This document shows positions 31,512 to 42,113 of a DNA stretch of 54,322 nt, one piece after another. The translations under genes and the position numbers were made by a program. Below the pieces are notes generated by a model that was not told the DNA's origin, did no database searches, and saw only the letters and a program-made list of their open reading frames with translations. This DNA comes from an uncultured Draconibacterium sp. (GTDB lineage Bacteria; Bacteroidota; Bacteroidia; Bacteroidales; FEN-979), in the NCBI GenBank assembly GCA_964628215.1, contig CAZVNF010000003.1:1-54322 (forward strand). Direction: 5' to 3'. The first letter of the stretch is position 1. Each line of letters begins with the position of its first letter.

Positions 31512-32338
31512 TCAAGCTGTTAAAAATTGAATTCAAGAAAATCCTGACGTATAAGATTTTCTGGATATTAACCGGCCTATATTTTATCTTTCTCTCTGTT
31601 GGCCTGTTAATGGCTGAATTTATGATCAATAAGCAAATTGACAGCATTAACAGCCGGATGCCAATCCCACTTCCACATGTAAGCATTTATTTTTTTCCAT
31701 GGATATGGCAGAATATTGCATTTTTTGCCACCATCCGGTATGTGCTGATCTTCCCTGCAATAGTTATTATTATACTGATAACCAATGAATTCACGTTCAA
31801 GACTATCCGGCAGAATATCATCAATGGTATGAGTAAAGCTGAGTTCATCAGTTCTAAACTTTTGCTGATTCTGCTGATTTCGGTGATAATGACAGTCATG
31901 TTAACCATTGGCACCCTGATTATTGGCATTTCAAATACGTCAGAACTCACGATGGCGCTGATTCTTGAACAATCATCCTTCATGTTAGGGTACTTCATCA
32001 CCATGATTACCGTTCAGATATTTGCGCTCTTTTTTGGCTTTATTTTACGAAATACCGGGTTATCAATCGCTTTGTTTACTTTATACATTTTCATTGCGGA
32101 GCCAATTTTATATTATTTTCTTAAAAGTCCGATAGTATTCAAAAATAATATTAGTCCATATCTGCCTGTAAATTCAGTACTGAGAATAACGGAATATCCA
32201 AACATCCAGGTATTAAAGAATCTAATGGGGCTTACACTGCAGGATGGCATCAGTTTTACCGTCTGTTGCATCCCGTTGGGCTATTCAGCGCTGATGATCG
32301 GAATTGTATACTGGGTGCTGGTAAAGAAGGATTTATAG
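31508..32338 (+). CDS. ABC-2 type transporter permease
   Basis: 276-aa ORF overlapping the ATPase stop by 4 nt, with about 6 hydrophobic helices. Confidence 0.75.
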   Translation: MIKLLKIEFKKILTYKIFWILTGLYFIFLSVGLLMAEFMINKQIDSINSRMPIPLPHVSIYFFPWIWQNIAFFATIRYVLIFPAIVIIILITNEFTFKTIRQNIINGMSKAEFISSKLLLILLISVIMTVMLTIGTLIIGISNTSELTMALILEQSSFMLGYFITMITVQIFALFFGFILRNTGLSIALFTLYIFIAEPILYYFLKSPIVFKNNISPYLPVNSVLRITEYPNIQVLKNLMGLTLQDGISFTVCCIPLGYSALMIGIVYWVLVKKDL

Positions 32339-32352
32339 GATCTGTCAGGTTT

Positions 32353-34425
32353 TTACAACCCTTCACGTTTTCTTATGACCCACTCTGCGGTAAGCAGAGC
32401 CAGGATAATTAAAAACAGCCAGGGGTTTCCAATTAAATCAGACATCCTTTGCTGATATACCGAAACAGAACGGATATCTTCACGCGCCAGAATTTTATCT
32501 GCCAATTTTGCGATACCAGCCTTGTTGATCATTTCACCATCATGGGAGGCAGCCAGCCTGAACAAAAGGTTGTGGTCGGCAACGAGATTCGAACTTTCCA
32601 CATTTACCTGCTCTACGAAGAACTTTCCTGTTTTGATAAATACCTCAGAGCCAACTTTTACCATTGCTTTGTAGGAATACTCCCCGATAGGGAAAAGTCC
32701 GGCATTCAGATAATAGGCTTTGGCTGTTTTACTGAAAACATACGGGTATACTTTATTATCTGCATCGGTGATTGTAATGTTTACCTCGGGGTCGGTTATC
32801 AGCTCATACGAGGCATTAAAGACCTCTGCATCAATTTCAACCGGTTCATTTTCTGAAATCCGGGTATTGTGATGAATTCGGAAAAAGCTCTTGTCGTCCC
32901 TGGTTGAAAGATACTGCGCAATTTTATCGATCATCATGTCGAAGGACTCATGGTTTGATTTCTGCATAAAATCGGATATTCTCCACCGCCAGATATTTTC
33001 ACCGGCAATAAACCCAACCTTTTTCTCAGAAACACGGGTAAACATGACCATAGGGGTGCGGGTTGCGACATTTCCGATTTTCTGGTAAAAGAGTACATCA
33101 GAGAGCGGACTGAACTGGTAGGTGCCAAACGGGCATTGCAGCGGGGGGAATTCTCTGAAAACATCCATATCGGTCTTAGCTATGGAAAACAAAGAGAAAT
33201 CAGCATTTACAAGTGGTTGAGATTCTGTAAAGGAGTTTTTGGCAGAATTGATTATCAGCCCTGATTTTAAATTATTCAGGGCATTGATATCCGTTTGCGA
33301 GCCAACTATAAGCAGTAATGATGCTTTCGATTTGAAAAGTGCGCCAAGGTCAGCAACACTGGTTACCGAGGGAAGCTGAACAAGTATGACCAGGTCATAT
33401 TTTTCATACGATTTTGGCAGATCGCTGGTGCGAATAAGGTCAATTTCAAAATGAGATGAACCCTCAAGCCCCTTTTGAATCGCAGTTACATCCGGATGAG
33501 GTGCATCGTAGACAAGGGCGATTTTCTGGCGAACGTCAAGTACCTCTACCACGAACGAGGCAATATTATTCTGGTTACTTCCTTCACCTTCAATTTGATC
33601 GAGTTGCAGTGTATATCGTATCATGCCTTTGTCCCTGGCTTCGAGCATGAATGCGGCCTTTTGCACAGTGTGGTCACTATTTGCCCTTATCTCTTTGGTT
33701 TCGAGCACACGTGAGCCCTGTAAAAGAGTAAGTTTAGAACTTATGCCAGCGCATTTATTCATTTCAATGAGCGCTTCAACCGGGAATTTATCCCCTTTAT
33801 AGGCTGTTTTGTTTACAATGACCTTGCGGATCAGGATATCTTTTTTCAACAGGGTATCTCCCAGGGCGATGGTATACACCGGAAATGGGATTTTTCTCGC
33901 TGAATAGAAAGGATCTGTCCCCTCATTATATATACCGTCTGTTGCCAGGATCAGGCCGGCGGCATTCCGATTTGAATACCGGGTATTGACTTCGTTAAAA
34001 AATGTTGAAATATCTGTCTTTACCCCATTGAACGAAGCATCGAAACCAGTTGAAAGACCACTGCCGAAAGAATAGATTTTGACATCACATTTTTTTTGCA
34101 GTTCCTCCACTAAAAGCCCGATCGATTTCGGAAATTCAGATCGGTAAAATGCCGAATCGCTGGTTAATACCATCGACCTTGAGTTATCGACCCCAAGAAT
34201 GATTATTGGTTTTTCAACAAGTTTACCGGTCTGTTTAATCAGGGGGCCCAAAAGCAGAAATGCAATCAGGGAAACTGAAAGAAACCTGAAAACCAGCATC
34301 AATCGATGGGTTAACGGCTTTAATCCCAGTTTGATATCCTGGTAATACAGGATAAAAGCGTACAATGCTCCAAGCAGGAGGCACAGAAGCACGAAGCCAA
34401 AAGGGTATTCAGTAACAAGTCCCAA
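32353..34425 (-). CDS. membrane-anchored VWA-like protein, function unknown
   Basis: 690-aa ORF with a TTG start. Two N-terminal TM helices are followed by a MIDAS-like DxSxS (ILGVDNSRSM), and there is a C-terminal TM helix (WLFLIILALLTAEWVI). Confidence 0.55.
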   Translation of the reverse strand: MGLVTEYPFGFVLLCLLLGALYAFILYYQDIKLGLKPLTHRLMLVFRFLSVSLIAFLLLGPLIKQTGKLVEKPIIILGVDNSRSMVLTSDSAFYRSEFPKSIGLLVEELQKKCDVKIYSFGSGLSTGFDASFNGVKTDISTFFNEVNTRYSNRNAAGLILATDGIYNEGTDPFYSARKIPFPVYTIALGDTLLKKDILIRKVIVNKTAYKGDKFPVEALIEMNKCAGISSKLTLLQGSRVLETKEIRANSDHTVQKAAFMLEARDKGMIRYTLQLDQIEGEGSNQNNIASFVVEVLDVRQKIALVYDAPHPDVTAIQKGLEGSSHFEIDLIRTSDLPKSYEKYDLVILVQLPSVTSVADLGALFKSKASLLLIVGSQTDINALNNLKSGLIINSAKNSFTESQPLVNADFSLFSIAKTDMDVFREFPPLQCPFGTYQFSPLSDVLFYQKIGNVATRTPMVMFTRVSEKKVGFIAGENIWRWRISDFMQKSNHESFDMMIDKIAQYLSTRDDKSFFRIHHNTRISENEPVEIDAEVFNASYELITDPEVNITITDADNKVYPYVFSKTAKAYYLNAGLFPIGEYSYKAMVKVGSEVFIKTGKFFVEQVNVESSNLVADHNLLFRLAASHDGEMINKAGIAKLADKILAREDIRSVSVYQQRMSDLIGNPWLFLIILALLTAEWVIRKREGL

Positions 34426-34452
34426 AGTGCCCGGAATAGTCAGATAAAATGA

Positions 34453-35199
34453 TTAAGTATGTAATCCTCCGCAAACAGGAATTGCCTGTCCGGTAACATA
34501 GGAACTCAGATCGGAAGCAAGGAATAATGCCAGATTTGCCACATCATCCGGGGTTCCGGCACGTTTCATGGGGATATCCTTGATCCATTGGTCGCGAAAT
34601 TCCTGCGGTAATTTTGCGGTCATTTCAGTTTCAATATACCCGGGGGCGATGGCATTGCAGCGGATGTTGCGGGAACCCAGTTCCTGGGCAATGGATTTTG
34701 TAAACCCGATAATTCCCGCTTTTGACGCGGCATAGTTTGACTGTCCGCTGTTTCCTTCCACACCCACTACGGAGCTCATATTGATGATAGAACCAAACCG
34801 TTGCTTGATCATTACTTTCTGAATCGCTTTGGTAAGGTTAAATACCGATTTAAGGTTTACATTGATCACCCGGTCCCAATCCTGCTCTGTCATCCGCAGC
34901 AAAAGGTTATCACGTGTGATCCCGGCATTGTTGACCAACACATCAATGGTGGTGAAATCAGCCATGATCTGTGAAATCAGCTCTTCGCTGTCGGTGAATG
35001 AACTGGCATCAGAAGCATACCCCTTGGCTTTTATTCCATATTCGGCCAGTTCCTTTTCAAGCATCTGGGAATCCTCATTGTATTGTATATCTGAAAAGGC
35101 AATATTGGCGCCGTGTTCTGCAAACTTTATGGCGATAGATTTTCCAATGCCGCGATTGGCACCGGTTATCAAAGCAGTTTTTCCTTCAAGTAATTTCAT
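34453..35199 (-). CDS. fabG: 3-oxoacyl-[acyl-carrier-protein] reductase
   Basis: 248-aa SDR with TGANRGIGKSIA, NNAG and YAASKAG (YxxxK). Confidence 0.9.
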   Translation of the reverse strand: MKLLEGKTALITGANRGIGKSIAIKFAEHGANIAFSDIQYNEDSQMLEKELAEYGIKAKGYASDASSFTDSEELISQIMADFTTIDVLVNNAGITRDNLLLRMTEQDWDRVINVNLKSVFNLTKAIQKVMIKQRFGSIINMSSVVGVEGNSGQSNYAASKAGIIGFTKSIAQELGSRNIRCNAIAPGYIETEMTAKLPQEFRDQWIKDIPMKRAGTPDDVANLALFLASDLSSYVTGQAIPVCGGLHT

Positions 35200-35218
35200 A
35201 GTTGATAATTTGGTTACA

Positions 35219-38200
35219 CTAAATCCATTTAACTAAGTTAAAATCCTGCCGGTGTGGCAGCAGCGGGCTTTTCGGAAACAGCCTGAATACAAAGTCATAC
35301 ACACCTGCCTGGTTGATCGGGATATCGCATGCAAAAGAGACCAGGTTCTTTTCTGTTCTCATCAGGGTCATTTCCTCGGTGAAACTGGGCTCCTGAACTT
35401 CGTCGTTTATCTTTTTCCCGAAAAGTACTTCAATTCCGATATCTGTTCCTGACAACTCATTCAGGTCAAGTACAATTTCTGCCTTAAATGATTCGCCGAG
35501 CGACAATGGTTTTACATTTGAATCGGGTGTTTTAACTGAAATGACTTCGATACTCTCCCACCCTCTCATAACTTTACGTTTCCAGCTTGCAATATGGCGT
35601 GCCATTTCATAATTCTTGCCAGCCATGATCCTTGAACGCTTCAATAACGGATTGTAATACTGACGAATATAATCGTCTAATTGCCGTTTCATCGTAAAAT
35701 GGGGGGCGATTTCGGAAATCGTATTTTTGATATATGACACCCATTTCACAGGGACATTCTGTTCATTTACATCATAATAAATAGGGATAATCTCCTCTTC
35801 CAGAATTGAATAGATGGTTTCGGCATCCAGTTCATCCTGGAACTGATGATTGTCGTAGGTTGCTTCTTCCTTAAGCGCCCATCCTGCATTGGGTTTGTAA
35901 CCTTCTGCCCACCAACCGTCGAGTACACTGAAATTTACCACACCATTCATCACCGCTTTTTCTCCACTGGTTCCAGAAGCTTCCAGCGGACGGGTTGGGG
36001 TGTTCAGCCAGATATCCACTCCTTTGATCAGATATTTTGCAACTTCCATATCGTAATTCTCAAAGAAGAATATTTTACCGACGAACTCGGGCATATGGGA
36101 GATTTCATAAATCCGCTTGATCAAATCCTGGCCGGCTTTGTCGTTTGGATGCGCTTTGCCTGCAAACATAAACTGCACAGGCTTTTCCTTGTTATTGATA
36201 ATTCTCGATAACCTGTCAAGATTACTGAACAGCAGATGTGCCCTTTTATAGGTCGCAAACCGCCGTGCAAACCCAATAGTAAGGGCTTTGGGGTTAACGG
36301 CATCCTTTATTTTGAAGATCAGCTTGGGATTTTCGTGACGGCGGGTCATGTCTGCATACAGATGTTGCAGCAGATATTCCGTCATCTGTCCTTTTTGCTT
36401 GAGTTTCATGGTCCAGATCGTTTCGTCATTCACATTATGGATATTCTTCCAGTAATGCGGATTTGACTGATCAGCAAAAAATCCGTCACCAAATTCTTTG
36501 CTATATAGCTGCAACCACGATTTGGCTGTCCAGGTAGGCAAATGCACTCCATTGGTTACATAGCCGATATGGAGTTCTCCGGGATAGTAGCCATGGTAAA
36601 GCTTTACAAACATTTCCCTGGTCACCCTGCCATGGATCCGGCTAACGCCATTTATTTCCTGAGATAATTTGGCAGCAAGCACGCTCATGGAGAACTTCTC
36701 GTTGACATCATATTCCACCATGCGCCCCAGGTTCATAAACTGTTCCCATTTGAGGTTCATGTGGTCAGGATAGTGCGACAGATAGCGCCTCAGGAGGTCC
36801 TCCGGGAATGTATCATGGCCTGCAGGAACAGGAGTGTGGGTGGTGAACAATGTAGAAGAGCGCACCATTTCCATTGCCTGTGGGAAAGTGAGCTTTTCAT
36901 TCTGGATGAGTTTTCTAAGTCGTTCGAGCCCGATAAATGCAGAATGTCCCTCGTTGCTGTGGAAAACATCGGGTTTGTAGCCCATTAAATCCAGCATACG
37001 GATGCCGCCAATTCCGAGCAGCAATTCCTGGCGCAGGCGATTTTCAAGATCTCCGCCATATAACTGGTGAGTGATGCTGCGATCGGCGTCTTCATTTTCG
37101 TCAATATCCGTATCCATCAGAAAAAGAGGAACCCGTCCAACATCACAGCGCCATACTTTAGCATACATGGTACGCCCCGGCAAGGCAAAAGAGATCTTCA
37201 GCCAGTTGCCGTTCTCATCCCGGATGGGTATGAGCGGAAGATGGGTGAATTTTTGTGGCGTATAAATTGCGATCTGGTCGCCAAAAATGGATAAACTCTG
37301 GGTAAAATACCCATAACGATAAAGCAGTCCGATGCCAATAATATTGTAATTTGAATCGCTGGCTTCTTTCAGATAATCGCCTGCGAGCATCCCCAATCCA
37401 CCGGAAAATATCTTCACCGTATCATGAAGCCCGTATTCCATGCTGAAATAGGCAATCTGATCTTTTGGTTTTTCGGAAGCCTGGGCCATATAGGCATCGA
37501 ATGCCCCCGTGACCCTGTTCAGTTTGTTTACGAACTTTTCATTCGTACTTAATTCCTGGAGTTCATTAAATGAAAGTGACTCAATCAGGGCGATGGGGTT
37601 AAATTTAAATTCATACCAGCGTTCCTTGTTGATCAGTTCAAACAACTCTGATCCTTCATAATTCCATGACCACCACAAATTTTTAGCCAGGCGTTCCATA
37701 CTGGCCAGGTTTTCAGGGATTCGCTGCTGGATAAGCACTTTTCTCCATTCGGGTTTATCCACCACGCTTTTCAGCGATGGAGTAAGCAGCTGTGGTTGCT
37801 TACCGGAGAACAAATCAGCACGGGCTGCAGTTACTTCCAGGGCTTCAGAATAGGCTTCCTTGAAATTATCGATCAGGTTTTTCCACAAAGCCGTACGTGA
37901 AATTTCATATGCTTTGATTCGAGCCTTGATAATTTCTTTTTCCGGTTTTGAAGAACAGCTTAATATATGCTTAACGATACTTTCAATTACCTCATTATCA
38001 TTATCATCATCTCTGTTAATGACGGCTGTGCAATCTTTTATTCCCGGGAACAATGTTTTGATCCATTGACCGAATCCGGAAATGGAGGTGGTGATGGATG
38101 GGATGTGAAATGAGAGACTTTCCTGGGCAGAATACCCCCATGGCTCATAATACGATGGAAACACGGTACCATCAAAACCGATCAGGAGATCATAATAGTT

Positions 38201-39469
38201 TAAATTGAAAATCCCGTCGTTGCCATTCAGATAGGTTGGAATGTAGATGATCTTCACTTTATCTTCAGGCCGGTTCAGCAGGTTATTTGCCTTTATTCTC
38301 TGAAGGATCAGGTCATTTTCAGGTTCGGCAAGGCCATGGGTGCAATAATTCTCCTGCCGTGCATGGCTGAAATCCTTTTTGCTCATATAATCAAGCAGAT
38401 CCTTTTTAGGAATATTATGTCCTGAAGAGACAGCAATAACCGCAATTACAGTTTGCGGAAGCTTTGATTGCCTGTTGAGCAATCCCATGGAATCGATAAA
38501 GACATCAATACCTTTGTTCCTGATCTCGTTTCGTCCGCTGGTAAGTATCAGGATCGTATCTTTTGAGTAAACCTGTCCGGTAATGGCAGCAGAAACTTCA
38601 AGCACTTTTTCACGTGACCTGGTACGTTTTTCAATATATTCATCCTTCACAGGCACCCAGGAATCGTTAAAGCCATTGGGTGTAAGCAGATCTGCCTCCT
38701 TATCAAGAAAATGCCTGCATTCGTTGTTGGTAAGCTGCGATTGGGTTGTGAAAAAATCAGCTTCATGGGCCGCAAGCTTTTCCAGAGAAAACTTGGCCAT
38801 AACGCCAAACTGCCTTGCAATCGCTTCCGGGTTATAATTCTCCAGGTTTTTATAGAGGGGAAGCCCATTGGCTGCAATATTTCGCCCTACAACGGTAGCA
38901 TGCACTGTAAAAACGGTTCCTACCTGAGGAACACGTTCTTTTAAATATAAAATACCCGTTCCGGTCATCCATTCATGAAACTGGGCTATAATTTTATCAA
39001 GGTGTGAATTATTGAAATTATAAAAGCTGTCAATGATCTTGCCCGCTGCATAGCCAAAAAACGCCGGTTCAATGTAATCCCAGTCACCGGTAAGGGAATC
39101 AAGTTTGTACCTTTCCCAGAAATGGGCGAAGATCTTGTCCTTTTCAGTGAAGTAGGGAGTAAAGTCGACCAGGATCACTGCCGGTTTTCCAGGGATGTTC
39201 CATCGTCCGACTTTAATTCGCAATCCTTCATTTTCGGCAACTTCGCGCCATGATTTAAATAAAAACTTATCTTCGATAAATTCCGGGTTTTGATGGGTTT
39301 CTTTCCACACATCCGGGCCTATCAGAATATAATTATCTTTGAATTGCTCAGCTAAAATCTCAGCCTTTGAAGCAATTGCGGTATATATTCCTCCGACTTT
39401 ATTACAAACTTCCCAACTTGTTTCAAACAGGTAATCGGGAACCATAAGCAGCTTATCCTTCATCGCCAT
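35219..39469 (-). CDS. fusion protein: N-terminal GT3-type glycogen synthase plus C-terminal GT35 alpha-glucan phosphorylase (with DUF3417-like linker domain)
   Basis: Uninterrupted 1416-aa ORF. Residues ~1-555 carry FETSWEVCNKVGGIYTAI, the eukaryote-type glycogen synthase signature. Residues ~570-1416 carry SMEYGLH...SGGLGMLAGDYLKEASD and LEASGTSGEKAVMNG, the phosphorylase PLP-Lys region. Confidence 0.85.
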   Translation of the reverse strand: MAMKDKLLMVPDYLFETSWEVCNKVGGIYTAIASKAEILAEQFKDNYILIGPDVWKETHQNPEFIEDKFLFKSWREVAENEGLRIKVGRWNIPGKPAVILVDFTPYFTEKDKIFAHFWERYKLDSLTGDWDYIEPAFFGYAAGKIIDSFYNFNNSHLDKIIAQFHEWMTGTGILYLKERVPQVGTVFTVHATVVGRNIAANGLPLYKNLENYNPEAIARQFGVMAKFSLEKLAAHEADFFTTQSQLTNNECRHFLDKEADLLTPNGFNDSWVPVKDEYIEKRTRSREKVLEVSAAITGQVYSKDTILILTSGRNEIRNKGIDVFIDSMGLLNRQSKLPQTVIAVIAVSSGHNIPKKDLLDYMSKKDFSHARQENYCTHGLAEPENDLILQRIKANNLLNRPEDKVKIIYIPTYLNGNDGIFNLNYYDLLIGFDGTVFPSYYEPWGYSAQESLSFHIPSITTSISGFGQWIKTLFPGIKDCTAVINRDDDNDNEVIESIVKHILSCSSKPEKEIIKARIKAYEISRTALWKNLIDNFKEAYSEALEVTAARADLFSGKQPQLLTPSLKSVVDKPEWRKVLIQQRIPENLASMERLAKNLWWSWNYEGSELFELINKERWYEFKFNPIALIESLSFNELQELSTNEKFVNKLNRVTGAFDAYMAQASEKPKDQIAYFSMEYGLHDTVKIFSGGLGMLAGDYLKEASDSNYNIIGIGLLYRYGYFTQSLSIFGDQIAIYTPQKFTHLPLIPIRDENGNWLKISFALPGRTMYAKVWRCDVGRVPLFLMDTDIDENEDADRSITHQLYGGDLENRLRQELLLGIGGIRMLDLMGYKPDVFHSNEGHSAFIGLERLRKLIQNEKLTFPQAMEMVRSSTLFTTHTPVPAGHDTFPEDLLRRYLSHYPDHMNLKWEQFMNLGRMVEYDVNEKFSMSVLAAKLSQEINGVSRIHGRVTREMFVKLYHGYYPGELHIGYVTNGVHLPTWTAKSWLQLYSKEFGDGFFADQSNPHYWKNIHNVNDETIWTMKLKQKGQMTEYLLQHLYADMTRRHENPKLIFKIKDAVNPKALTIGFARRFATYKRAHLLFSNLDRLSRIINNKEKPVQFMFAGKAHPNDKAGQDLIKRIYEISHMPEFVGKIFFFENYDMEVAKYLIKGVDIWLNTPTRPLEASGTSGEKAVMNGVVNFSVLDGWWAEGYKPNAGWALKEEATYDNHQFQDELDAETIYSILEEEIIPIYYDVNEQNVPVKWVSYIKNTISEIAPHFTMKRQLDDYIRQYYNPLLKRSRIMAGKNYEMARHIASWKRKVMRGWESIEVISVKTPDSNVKPLSLGESFKAEIVLDLNELSGTDIGIEVLFGKKINDEVQEPSFTEEMTLMRTEKNLVSFACDIPINQAGVYDFVFRLFPKSPLLPHRQDFNLVKWI

Positions 39470-39471
39470 AG

Positions 39472-40812
39472 CTATTTTCTTTTTCTTACAACTTTTGCAA
39501 CAGGGGTGACTTTTTTGCTAACCGCTTTCACCTCTTTTTCTGCAGAAACTTTTTTTACTTTGGTTTTTGGAGCCGGTTTTTCCGGTTTTACAGGTTCAGG
39601 TTTCGCGATTACCTGCTCCTGGGCAGTTTCGCTTTCATCAACCCGGATCATAAAATCGGTAAGCACATTCATGTAGTTGATAAAAGCTTCATAAGGCGAT
39701 CCATAAGGATTAAAATATTTGTGTACTTCACCTGCAGAAAACCACTTCGTACACATATAATAAAAATGATTGCTGGTTTGCAGATAAAGCCAATCCTTTA
39801 AAATCTGAGGGTCTTTACAATCCCTCACCCTGGATTCATAAGAATAGAGTTTGCCAAAAGCTTCATCCTGAAGTTCATTTCCAAGCCAGGCGGTGAGATC
39901 GCGTTCCTCATCAGCCCAGGATATGGCGTGTGGAACGGAAATCGCCGAAACCGGTTGAAGCTCATGATAGAGTTGCTCCGGTGTATTGAAGGTGAAATTT
40001 GAATTGGAATAGACTGTTTCAGGAAGGTGTTTGAAGAATTCGAAAATTCCTGTTTCCTTCCATTGGTGCTCTCCAATAGTTTCGTAATCCAGAAAAAGGT
40101 TCACTACCTCTTCTTTCTTTTCAACGTTGTTGAGCCATTTGACGAACTTTTCCGTGGTCAGGGGCCATTCAGACCAATTCTGATCAGAGAACCGGAAAGT
40201 GAGGTCGTCACTGAGCCGGAAATTTCTGAGCAGGACCTTTAGCTTCGGATTTATGTTATTGCAATACATGTAGTTGGGACTTTTCCATCCAAGCACATGT
40301 TTTGCACCTTCTGTAAGCATGGTATGAAATCCCATTTCAGCGACCATTTCCCCGATACGGTCTGAATAGATCAGTTCCGTATTACGGAAAGTGGTTGGCC
40401 TTTTTCCAAAAAGTTCTTCCACCCTGGAGGCATGAAGCTCTACCTGGCGAACAAACTCTTCTTTATTGGTAAGGGATGCCAGCGAATGGGCATAGGTTTC
40501 GGCAAGAAATTCAACCTGACCGGTATCAGCAAGTTGTCTGAAACTTTTAATTACCTCAGGCACGTGAGCTTGCAACTGATCCAGGGCAGTTCCTGAGATT
40601 GAGTAACTGACTTTGAAAGCGGTGCCGTACTCCCTGATCAAATCAAGCATCAGGTTATTGGCCGGCAGATATGATTTTTCTGCCACGCGCTTAATAATGT
40701 GTCGATTCTGATAATCATCATAGTAGTGATGATCTTGTCCGATGTTGAAAAACCGGTAAGTCCGTAAGCGAAACGGCTGATGGACCTGAAAATATAAACA
40801 GATGGATCTCAT
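39472..40812 (-). CDS. glycoside hydrolase family 57 protein (alpha-amylase/branching-enzyme family) with Lys/Pro-rich C-terminal tail
   Basis: 446-aa ORF with the N-terminus ICLYFQVHQPFRLR typical of GH57 and a candidate nucleophile region FLDYETIGEHQW. The last ~50 aa are KPEPVKPEKPAPKTKVKKVSAEKEVKAVSKKVTPVAKVVRKRK. Confidence 0.8.
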   Translation of the reverse strand: MRSICLYFQVHQPFRLRTYRFFNIGQDHHYYDDYQNRHIIKRVAEKSYLPANNLMLDLIREYGTAFKVSYSISGTALDQLQAHVPEVIKSFRQLADTGQVEFLAETYAHSLASLTNKEEFVRQVELHASRVEELFGKRPTTFRNTELIYSDRIGEMVAEMGFHTMLTEGAKHVLGWKSPNYMYCNNINPKLKVLLRNFRLSDDLTFRFSDQNWSEWPLTTEKFVKWLNNVEKKEEVVNLFLDYETIGEHQWKETGIFEFFKHLPETVYSNSNFTFNTPEQLYHELQPVSAISVPHAISWADEERDLTAWLGNELQDEAFGKLYSYESRVRDCKDPQILKDWLYLQTSNHFYYMCTKWFSAGEVHKYFNPYGSPYEAFINYMNVLTDFMIRVDESETAQEQVIAKPEPVKPEKPAPKTKVKKVSAEKEVKAVSKKVTPVAKVVRKRK

Positions 40813-40816
40813 ATGA

Positions 40817-42103
40817 TCAATTAATTACAGCTTTATTATATACTTCTAAAATATTAACAGCAGCATTTTCCCAGATAAGGTTGTCTACTTCGGCTTTTCC
40901 ATAGCGGATGAACATTTTGCTCAGTCCATCATAATGGAGTATCCCGTAAATGGCGTCAGCCAGGGCGTCGATATCCCAAAAATCCACTTTCAACGCGTGG
41001 TTCAATACTTCGGCCACCCCCGATTGTTTAGAGATGACGACCGGAACATTGGACCGCATTGCTTCAAGGGGTGAAATTCCAAAAGGCTCGGAAACAGAGG
41101 GCATTACATATACATCGCTCATGGCGAACATGGTATCCACCTCGGGGCCGGCAAGAAAGCCGGTGAAATGAAACTTGGTGGCAATTTTCAATTTAGCCAC
41201 CCGGCGGATCATGCGGTTCAGAAGGTCTCCTGATCCAGCCATTACAAACCTTACGTTTGAATCCCTTTGCAATACCTTATATGCAGCTTCTACAAAGTAA
41301 TCCGGGCCTTTCTGATAAGTAACACGGCCAAGGAAGGTAACCACCTTTTCTTTAACATGTTTGGTAACTCCGTCCAAATCCGGGCGATCTACAGGCTCAA
41401 CTGCATTGTGTACCGTAATTACTTTTTCAGCCGGAATGCCATACTTTTCAATGACAATCTGCCTGGTAAGGTTGCTGACGGTAATCACGAGGTCCGCCTC
41501 GGTCATGCCCTGCCGTTCAATATCATATACAGGCTGGTTGACATTTTCGCCCGAGCGGTCGAATTCAGTTGCATGTACATGCACTACCAGGGGTTTCCCT
41601 GAAATTTTCTTGGCGGCGATCCCGGCCGGATAAGTAAGCCAGTCGTGTGCATGAATTACATCGAAGGTGTTATTGGTAGCGATAGAAGAGGCGACCAGCG
41701 CATACCTTGACACCTCCTGCATCAGGTTCGGTCCATATTTTCCGGAAAAAGAATATTGTTTCGAGAATACCGAATGTGTTTCAGTTTTATCAGTGGCCAG
41801 TTCTTTTTCAACCATGGTTTCAAACTCTTCCGGATCAAGATAAGGAACCAGGTTCGAGCCAATTTCCAGGAATTGAATCCTCTCAAGGTATTCTTTCGTA
41901 TCGATCTTGCTGAAATCAAGCACAACATCGCTGGCATTCACGAGGCGGAAACCATCCTTGGTTTCATCGCCATAAGCCTTGGGAACAACAAAAATTACTT
42001 CGACCCCATGCTTGACCAATCCTTTAGTTAACCCGAAACAAGCTGTTCCTAATCCACCAGTTATATGCGGGGGGAATTCCCACCCAAACATTAATACACG
42101 CAT
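40817..42103 (-). CDS. glycosyltransferase family 4 (GT-B, glycogen-synthase-like)
   Basis: 428-aa ORF with the N-terminus MRVLMFGWEFPPHITGGLG and the E-x7-E motif SEPFGISPLEAM. Confidence 0.85.
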   Translation of the reverse strand: MRVLMFGWEFPPHITGGLGTACFGLTKGLVKHGVEVIFVVPKAYGDETKDGFRLVNASDVVLDFSKIDTKEYLERIQFLEIGSNLVPYLDPEEFETMVEKELATDKTETHSVFSKQYSFSGKYGPNLMQEVSRYALVASSIATNNTFDVIHAHDWLTYPAGIAAKKISGKPLVVHVHATEFDRSGENVNQPVYDIERQGMTEADLVITVSNLTRQIVIEKYGIPAEKVITVHNAVEPVDRPDLDGVTKHVKEKVVTFLGRVTYQKGPDYFVEAAYKVLQRDSNVRFVMAGSGDLLNRMIRRVAKLKIATKFHFTGFLAGPEVDTMFAMSDVYVMPSVSEPFGISPLEAMRSNVPVVISKQSGVAEVLNHALKVDFWDIDALADAIYGILHYDGLSKMFIRYGKAEVDNLIWENAAVNILEVYNKAVIN

Positions 42104-42113
42104 TTTATTTTCA

